Of a DNA stretch of 35,979 bases, positions 28,195 through 34,440 are shown one piece after another. The notes below the pieces were generated by a model, which saw nothing but the letters and a program-made list of their open reading frames with translations, did not search any database and was not told the DNA's origin. How positions within the stretch are numbered: the stretch's first letter is position 1; each line of letters begins with the position of its first letter. The stretch comes from a virus (taxonomy: Duplodnaviria > Caudoviricetes), in IMG/VR virus record IMGVR_UViG_3300030037_000034, positions 1 to 35,979 of that record, one strand, 5' to 3'. Position numbers and translations under genes: made by a program.

Positions 28195-28211
28195 CTTCCC
28201 TTATTCGAGAA
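28195..28211. promoter_or_regulatory. Further repressor operator upstream of repA
   Basis: CTTCCCTTATTCGAGAA matches the 27461 operator 13/17. Confidence 0.6.
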
Positions 28212-28256
28212 ATTCCCTATACTCTATAGTGAAGTATTTAAGTTACGCTTAAAAAC

Positions 28257-28286
28257 AAAAAAGCCCCTGCAATGCAGAGGCTTTTT
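28257..28286. terminator. Intrinsic terminator-like hairpin, possibly bidirectional
   Basis: AAAAAAGCCCCTGC-AAT-GCAGAGGCTTTTT. Confidence 0.75.
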
Positions 28287-28508
28287 ATGAATACAAATGT
28301 AAGAACAAATGCACTTAAACAAATCACCAAAAAAAGAATTTGTTTATGAGGAACAGCTATCCTGGCAGATAGTTCTGTACCAAGCAGCTAGGGCAAACAA
28401 AAAAGATTGCAAACAAAACTGCAGCTTCAAATCTATTTTAGCCCTAGCCTCCTCATAAAACAACATTTTTGGTGATTTGTTTAAATGTTGATTCTTACAT
28501 TTGTTCAT
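28287..28508. repeat. Long interrupted inverted repeat (candidate structured RNA or DNA) in the repA leader
   Basis: Nested perfect stems of 13, 19 and 10 bp closing two inner hairpins. Confidence 0.8.
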
Positions 28509-28539
28509 TTGTACAAAATGACATCTGTAAGGATATTGG

Positions 28540-31500
28540 ATGCACAATAATAAATTTAAGAATTTTTATACTGAGCGTTTTGGTTCGGGGCTAGCGGTTG
28601 CAACTTATTTTGATGCAGACATTGCAGATCATGCTGCCCAAATTGGGGTTAACTGGTCTCGTGTTGTTCGTGACTTGTCTTGGAAGAACGGGAAAGAAGG
28701 CAAGGTCAACGCAAGTGGTGGAAAGCTGCTACCAAACTTTAAAGCATCGGTAGGTATTTATGCCTCACTTGAGAAAGATGATCACGGCAATGAGTTTCCT
28801 CTAGTTACTTTCAAATCCAAAGGTGGTGCCGGTGATACCGTTGTCTTCAATGGCCTTGAATACATTTGGGAGCTTTTCAAACGCGAGAAAGACGAATTTA
28901 TCCCACAAGAAAAAAGGGATGAATGGAACAAAAAGAAGGCAGAGCGCTTAGCTAAGGCCACCAAACAGCAAGAAATTGCCCGACGAAAGCAGAAAGAAGA
29001 AAACCAACGACGAGCCGCCAATGTTGCAAAAGAGCTGGCTGAGTTTGATAGGTTACCTTCCGCCGATAGCTTTGTGTACACCGATGAAAAATCCATATCC
29101 TCCATTTTTGAACATGCTAATGTTCGGACCGGATCGGATAAATACGGCAACTACATTGCACTAAAACTGCAATATATTGATGGTAGCCCTGCAGGTATTC
29201 AACGCATCTATGACCAGCACTTTACAAAGGGCAAAGGCAAACCTACAAATAAAGACTTTACATGGGGCATAGATAAAGACACTGCACACATAGTGCTAGG
29301 TGATATTACTTCTGCAGATAGAATCTATGTTGTTGAGGGTTTTGCAACTGGTGCCTCAGTATTGCTTGCCATGCAATCTATCAATATATCCTGCGCCGTG
29401 ATTGTTGCCCTTGATGCTTATAACGCGGTGAAGACTGTTGATGCTTACCAGCGCGAAAAACCATACCTACCATTGATTGCCGCCGTTGATAATGACCTTT
29501 GGAAGCAAAAAGAAGGTAAGGGCAACGCCGGTATGTTGGTTGCATTGGATCTACTTGCAGCACATAACAACGTAAAAGCTTACGCTCCACAGTTTGATTT
29601 GGTCGATCCTAGCTATAAACCAACGGATTTTAATGATCTACACACCAAGGCCGGTCTAAAAGAAGTTGCCCGACAGCTTAAAGGTAACAAGTCACGTATT
29701 AAGCTTGAAAGTGACATTTTTGAGCGGGCCTTGTGCCGGTTACAGTATGTGAATTTTCGTGCCGTACAGTCTGAGGCCGTAAAATGTGTTCAAGCAGGCA
29801 TGCAGGTTGGCCTACCAAAATACCGTCCATCTGACGTTATAGCGTTAATTCGTGACACTGCAGAAAAAGCAGGCATCCCTAAAAACTGTATTGATTTGAG
29901 CAAGTTGGCAGAGAAAGCCACCAAGATTTTCAAAGCAAAAACTCAAGACGCGCAAAACTTCCGTTCTTTCTCTAAGCGTATTACAAAAGATAGCCAGCGC
30001 CCTGAGCATATCACTTACAAGAAGTTCAATAAGGGCGTGGTTGATAACGAAGTGTTGGACTACGTTAAGTCACTCGATGGTATCGTGATTGTTCGTTTTC
30101 CGATGGGATCAGGAAAAACTCAAGGAATCATTAAGCCGGTGATGCTTGAAGCAGAAAGAGCTGCTTTTTTTGCGCATCGAGTATCCTTGATTGGTGGGGC
30201 TCATAGTAAGCTCAACGAGAATATCCCTTGGAATACATCGCCGGTAATTCACTACCAAGAAAGCGGCGTTAGTGACATGCTATCTATGTCTAATAAATTG
30301 GCTTGCTGTATTAACTCCTGTATTAAGTCAGATTTTGGCCCTTTGCTTGATAACCTCAACACCCTATTTATTGACGAAGCCTCACAAACTCTTAGACATA
30401 TAGCCTCAGGTGGCGCTGTTAAATACCCCGTTGCTGTATTCAACCGCATGTTGGGAATGATTTCATCCACTCGGGATCAAGTTATTCTAGCTGATGCGGA
30501 TGCAAACGATACGCTAGTAGAATTTTGTGAGCTGGCACTTAAGCAGCGCAATGCAATGATTGAAAGCCGATATGGTAAAGATGCTGCGAAGCTGCAAAAA
30601 ATCCATGTCATTGATGGGCACACCGATTGCTCAGACACAACTATTCACTACACCGATGCAGACAGCGCTTTTTTTAAAGTGATGGAAGATGTTGGATCCG
30701 GGCATAATGTATTAGTAGCTAACGACTCGGCCAAGGATGGGGAAAAGCTATTTTTGAGCTTGCAAGAGAAATACCCTGAAAAGAAAGGGCTATTTGTTGC
30801 ATTGGACACGAAAGAAAATGCTGATGTTGATGCTTTCACTGATGACCCCGACGGGCAAAGCCTGCAGTATGATTACCTAATTTACTCACCATCGATATCA
30901 TCCGGTGTTTCGTTAGAAAACGGCCACTTTAACAAGCACTATGGCATTTTTTGCGGATCAGTTGCCCCATCTGATGCTATACAAATGATTCGGCGTGACC
31001 GTGGCGCCAGGGAATTTGTCCTAGGCCTCTCTACTATGCATAGTAATCGTGAGGAGTCTGCTAACAATATGTGGCTCGGTTTGATTCTTGCGAACGATAA
31101 AGAGCTAAACGTAAATATTAATAAAGACGCTGGCACGATAGAAATAACGTCGAATGATTTAGATTTTGATCGCTTCCGACTTGACCTTGTAGCACAGGAA
31201 AACAAGGCCAAAAATGATTTTGCTAATAACTTGCTATGCATTCTTTTTGCGGACGGCTACAAGTTGCAAAACTTAGATACTAGCGAAATTGAGCAAGAGA
31301 TGGGCAAATCAATGAAGGACGTTGCTCGCGATATCATGAAAGCCATTGATATGACCAGGCACCTTGATCAGGACACCCCAACCGATGCTGAGCTTGAGAA
31401 CCTACTAAACAAGCCAAATCTAAGCCGCGATGAGAAAGCACAGATTAACCGCTGGAATATTGAAAAATCGTTAATGATGGATGTTAATGAGGGTAGCGTT

Positions 31501-32292
31501 GATTTTCATCATAAAGGTGGCATGGGTAAAGTTCGTCTATTTGAACTTTTGCATATGAGCGAAGAGAAAGCCCGTGATTATGATGCAAAGGAAATTGAGG
31601 CAGAGGTTGAGCCCAGTAGCCGACTGTATTTAACCAAGCAACGCGAAGCGTTGCGGAATTTTTTTGAAATTACGGGCATTGATTATCGCACTGGAAAGGG
31701 TAACGCCAGCCCTGAGTTGCTCCATAGTGCCATTTCTCATCTAATTGAGGGGGATAACATCCACCTTTTCAACAACTGGTATAAGTTCGGCGGCTATATC
31801 AATCCTTTCAGCAGAAAAATAAACACTGTTAACAAGGCTAAAAGCATCCTTGAAGCCCTTGGCCTTAAGATTGACACATTACAGTTACCACGGCTTGTAA
31901 AGGGCTCAGAGAGCCGCACACGCTACAGCATCAAGCTTGATAGCTGGAGCCTGATGATGAGCACACACCAACGCAGAATAGAGGCCGACGTCACCTCATT
32001 TAAGATTGATAACCTGGATGGTGATTTGATCCAAACATTTTCTGATATCTATATAGATACAGAAAAAAGTTTGGATCAACCACAAGCAACACAAACAAAG
32101 GCCTTTGGCTGGATAGACACACTTAAGCAAGCTGTGAAGAACCTGCATATTCCTATTGAATATGCCCCAAAGATAATGACGCGGCTTGGCAAAATGGGCG
32201 TTTTGACTCAACACGCTCCATCTGAGGGGGCGAGCGAATCAATTTCTCGGATTTATTCCGAACTTATCGGTATAGAGCAGCTTAAAAACTAA
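28540..32292 (+). CDS. repA: Replication protein RepA (TOPRIM primase plus helicase)
   Basis: 1250 aa; VVEGFATG, AVDND, TDFND (TOPRIM); PMGSGKT, AHRVSL, FIDE, SPSISSGVS (helicase). Confidence 0.93.
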   Translation: MHNNKFKNFYTERFGSGLAVATYFDADIADHAAQIGVNWSRVVRDLSWKNGKEGKVNASGGKLLPNFKASVGIYASLEKDDHGNEFPLVTFKSKGGAGDTVVFNGLEYIWELFKREKDEFIPQEKRDEWNKKKAERLAKATKQQEIARRKQKEENQRRAANVAKELAEFDRLPSADSFVYTDEKSISSIFEHANVRTGSDKYGNYIALKLQYIDGSPAGIQRIYDQHFTKGKGKPTNKDFTWGIDKDTAHIVLGDITSADRIYVVEGFATGASVLLAMQSINISCAVIVALDAYNAVKTVDAYQREKPYLPLIAAVDNDLWKQKEGKGNAGMLVALDLLAAHNNVKAYAPQFDLVDPSYKPTDFNDLHTKAGLKEVARQLKGNKSRIKLESDIFERALCRLQYVNFRAVQSEAVKCVQAGMQVGLPKYRPSDVIALIRDTAEKAGIPKNCIDLSKLAEKATKIFKAKTQDAQNFRSFSKRITKDSQRPEHITYKKFNKGVVDNEVLDYVKSLDGIVIVRFPMGSGKTQGIIKPVMLEAERAAFFAHRVSLIGGAHSKLNENIPWNTSPVIHYQESGVSDMLSMSNKLACCINSCIKSDFGPLLDNLNTLFIDEASQTLRHIASGGAVKYPVAVFNRMLGMISSTRDQVILADADANDTLVEFCELALKQRNAMIESRYGKDAAKLQKIHVIDGHTDCSDTTIHYTDADSAFFKVMEDVGSGHNVLVANDSAKDGEKLFLSLQEKYPEKKGLFVALDTKENADVDAFTDDPDGQSLQYDYLIYSPSISSGVSLENGHFNKHYGIFCGSVAPSDAIQMIRRDRGAREFVLGLSTMHSNREESANNMWLGLILANDKELNVNINKDAGTIEITSNDLDFDRFRLDLVAQENKAKNDFANNLLCILFADGYKLQNLDTSEIEQEMGKSMKDVARDIMKAIDMTRHLDQDTPTDAELENLLNKPNLSRDEKAQINRWNIEKSLMMDVNEGSVDFHHKGGMGKVRLFELLHMSEEKARDYDAKEIEAEVEPSSRLYLTKQREALRNFFEITGIDYRTGKGNASPELLHSAISHLIEGDNIHLFNNWYKFGGYINPFSRKINTVNKAKSILEALGLKIDTLQLPRLVKGSESRTRYSIKLDSWSLMMSTHQRRIEADVTSFKIDNLDGDLIQTFSDIYIDTEKSLDQPQATQTKAFGWIDTLKQAVKNLHIPIEYAPKIMTRLGKMGVLTQHAPSEGASESISRIYSELIGIEQLKN
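32026..32079. repeat. 54-bp palindrome in the repA 3' end (candidate origin)
   Basis: TTGATCCAAAC/GTTTGGATCAA arms share the axis of the perfect core TATCTATATAGATA. Confidence 0.7.
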
Positions 32293-32348
32293 AGAAAGAA
32301 TGTCTTTGAGTTCGGGTTGTCTTTATCAGTGGTTAAGCTGAGGCTTTG

Positions 32349-32525
32349 TTATACCTGCGATATTCGCAAAAGGTCGGCGGCTTCATGTAATAAAAATAAT
32401 AGTCTCTCTACTGGTATAGGTTTTTCCTGTTCTGCAATTTCCTCTCTGACTTCTAACAATTCATGTATGCAAATATCAGCTTGTTTCTGTCGAGCCTTAC
32501 TACTAGCTCGATGGGTATATCTCAT
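32349..32525 (-). CDS. 58-aa small protein (smORF1), candidate antirepressor; absent from the supplied ORF track
   Basis: AGGGAG RBS; MRYTHRASSKARQKQADICIHELLEVREEIAEQEKPIPVERLLFLLHEAADLLRISQV; paralog of 33997-34200. Confidence 0.85.
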   Translation of the reverse strand: MRYTHRASSKARQKQADICIHELLEVREEIAEQEKPIPVERLLFLLHEAADLLRISQV

Positions 32526-32587
32526 AAAACTCCCTAAAATTCCTTTAATGGATTCACGTTTTCCTAACTAAGTTTGCCCCCATTTGT

Positions 32588-32615
32588 AGAATATGCCCTT
32601 TTAGACCCTTGTGAA
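32588..32615 (-). promoter_or_regulatory. Putative promoter of smORF1
   Basis: TTCACA-16 nt-TATTCT. Confidence 0.5.
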
Positions 32616-32624
32616 AAGGTGGAA

Positions 32625-32669
32625 AGACAAAACAGTCCTATACTTTAGATTAACCGGACAAAAGAGTCT
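32625..32669. promoter_or_regulatory. Two RGAC-N6-GTCY boxes, putative XRE binding sites
   Basis: AGACAAAACAGTCC (32625-32638) and GGACAAAAGAGTCT (32656-32669), 31 bp apart. Confidence 0.65.
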
Positions 32670-32684
32670 TAACGGGGCCAAGCT

Positions 32685-33011
32685 ATGACAAACGAACCAA
32701 TCATGTTGGCATTGATTAAGCGAAGAAAAGCCGCTGGATACTCTCAAGAGCAAGCGGCGGACATGGCTGGCCTTTCGCTTAAAACATATCAAAGGATTGA
32801 AAGCGGGACCGCAGATATACGCCTCAGAAACTATCTAACACTGATTCAAAAGATGAAACTTACAGAGCTGGATTTGGTATTAGATACATTGGATGTTGAT
32901 AATACGACGTGCTGGGATGTTGCAGCGGCTGCACGTGTATTACCAGCCGACGCTAGAGCATCTCTTGTTACTATGATAATGATGATATATAGAGACGTAA
33001 AAGAAAGGTGA
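32685..33011 (+). CDS. XRE-family HTH transcription factor
   Basis: RRKAAGYSQEQAADMAGLSLKTYQRIESG; 108 aa. Confidence 0.9.
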   Translation: MTNEPIMLALIKRRKAAGYSQEQAADMAGLSLKTYQRIESGTADIRLRNYLTLIQKMKLTELDLVLDTLDVDNTTCWDVAAAARVLPADARASLVTMIMMIYRDVKER

Positions 33012-33025
33012 GAATCATAAAATGA

Positions 33026-33388
33026 TTACAGCTTAATGAATTCCATATTTTTTTCTATATTAGTCATGGTTTCAAGCAGGTTCTGAAAATAGATATTATC
33101 AATGCCAGGTGAAAACTCGAGTCCTTCTTGCAGTGATTTAAAATGGATGTTTTTTTGGTGCATTATCTCGAGCATATGCAACAAATCTGCTAGATTGTCG
33201 CTCAGTTTATCTAGCCGCCAGATTATTAGCATATCAAGAGGCTTCAATTGACTAATCAAGGCCTTTCTCTCTGATCTCTGCCCGTAACTGTCATTATAAA
33301 TAACAGAGCAGCCACATTTTTCTAATGCTGCATTTTGGCTGTGATGATCAGGGTTTGGTGAGGTGCTTATGTATCCGTATACGATCAA
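33026..33388 (-). CDS. Degenerate serine-recombinase catalytic domain without HTH
   Basis: YGYISTS, Q..AL...GC..IY.D, L.P.D.LIIWRLDKL, I.F.SL.E; catalytic Arg residues replaced. Confidence 0.75.
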   Translation of the reverse strand: MIVYGYISTSPNPDHHSQNAALEKCGCSVIYNDSYGQRSERKALISQLKPLDMLIIWRLDKLSDNLADLLHMLEIMHQKNIHFKSLQEGLEFSPGIDNIYFQNLLETMTNIEKNMEFIKL

Positions 33389-33486
33389 AAGACATCCATT
33401 GTTTTTTGTTGGTGGTTTGTTTTAAGTATAGAGGGATATTTTTGATAAAAGGCAAACATCAGCAAGGGGATTGTTGACGATTTTAA

Positions 33487-33538
33487 AAAGTAACAATTGT
33501 TATTATGTACATTTGTACAAAATAACAATTGTTACTTT
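33487..33538. repeat. 52-bp near-perfect palindrome built from octamer units
   Basis: 24 of 26 positions pair; contains ACAATTGT-TATTATGT-ACATTTGT-ACAAAATA-ACAATTGT. Confidence 0.85.
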
Positions 33539-33567
33539 GTTTGTTTATAAGAGTAAAACCCTGTTTT

Positions 33568-33948
33568 TTAGCTTACTAACTCTTTGGTATATCTAAAGCG
33601 TGTACCATTTAATATATCTGACTGGCACATTGAGGGCGTGACTTGGGTGGCGTCACTTTTTAGCAAAAGTATGGCGGCGCGAACTTCGTTCTCTTTGTAA
33701 GCAAAGGTTTTCATTTCGTGACCGACTTCTGCAGTGTGTAGATAGTCGAAGGTGGATACGCCGCAAGTAAACATGGTTAATCTAAATACCTTCTCAGATA
33801 GCCCTAGTCCGTATATAAAGTGAGCGTCTTTTTTTGAGAGATACCCATCAGGTATTTCAGCCTTATTTCTAAGCTCAATTTTATTATTTATAACCGAATA
33901 TGTACTATTAAACATTTGTACAAATGTACTTTTTAACAAATCAATCAT
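33568..33948 (-). CDS. Hypothetical protein
   Basis: 126 aa, GGAG upstream; directly downstream of smORF2. Confidence 0.65.
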   Translation of the reverse strand: MIDLLKSTFVQMFNSTYSVINNKIELRNKAEIPDGYLSKKDAHFIYGLGLSEKVFRLTMFTCGVSTFDYLHTAEVGHEMKTFAYKENEVRAAILLLKSDATQVTPSMCQSDILNGTRFRYTKELVS

Positions 33949-33996
33949 TCAATAAGCTCCGCAATAATTGGGAAATTTGTTTCTTCTTTTCGGTCG

Positions 33997-34200
33997 TTAT
34001 GACTTTTGGCCGTTCATTTGTATATGCAAAAGGTCAGCGGCCTCATGTAGTAAAAATAGAATTTTTTCGGTGGGAACCTCTTGTTTTGAGTTTAGAGCGG
34101 TAATGGTATCGAGCCTGGTTTTCAGTAGTTCATTGATACAGGTTTTTGCCTGCTTTTTCAAAGCAGTGCCATCCTCATTTTGTAACGTGATATAGAGCAT
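33997..34200 (-). CDS. 67-aa small protein (smORF2), candidate SOS-controlled antirepressor
   Basis: GAGG 6 nt before ATG34200; shares KQA..CI.ELL..R and P.E..LFLLHEAADLL.I with smORF1. Confidence 0.85.
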   Translation of the reverse strand: MLYITLQNEDGTALKKQAKTCINELLKTRLDTITALNSKQEVPTEKILFLLHEAADLLHIQMNGQKS

Positions 34201-34354
34201 AGTTAGCCTCATTCCATAAGCGCTAAAAATTGAAAAGACAAAATACGTTTGAATGTATGGGGATCTTGCGGGGGAGCTATGATCACCTGATATACAAAAA
34301 CATACTGGTTAACGTGGTTTGGCGGGGGGCCAATAGGTGATCACGTATGTGGTT

Positions 34355-34388
34355 ATTATACCAAGGAGAGCACTGTAAATACAACCAG
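34355..34388 (-). promoter_or_regulatory. Sigma70 promoter with a LexA (SOS) box over the -35
   Basis: TTGTAT-18 nt-TATAAT with TGn extension; CTGTAAATACAACCAG (34373-34388) is CTG-N10-CAG. Confidence 0.85.
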
Positions 34389-34440
34389 TACTCTCCTATA
34401 TTACCGCATAGTAAACATGCCTAACTATGCTTGCTTTCTC

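Noticed and set aside
28287-28508. MITE or retron msr-msd
   Set aside because: No target-site duplication, second copy, transposase or reverse transcriptase in the window.
28344-28547. Minus-strand ORF as a Hok-like type I toxin within the fold-back
   Set aside because: The GAGGAGG has no start codon at usable spacing and the hydrophobic stretch is short.
32026-32079. telRL-like protelomerase target
   Set aside because: Cleavage would split the repA frame; an origin fits better.
32317-32571. Plus-strand ORF (84 aa) and the similar plus-strand ORF 33968-34195
   Set aside because: Antisense shadows of the two smORFs. The differences are synonymous in the minus-strand reading, which also has the RBSs.
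34287-34303. Second LexA-like box
   Set aside because: Reads CTG-N11-CAT: wrong spacing and wrong half-site.
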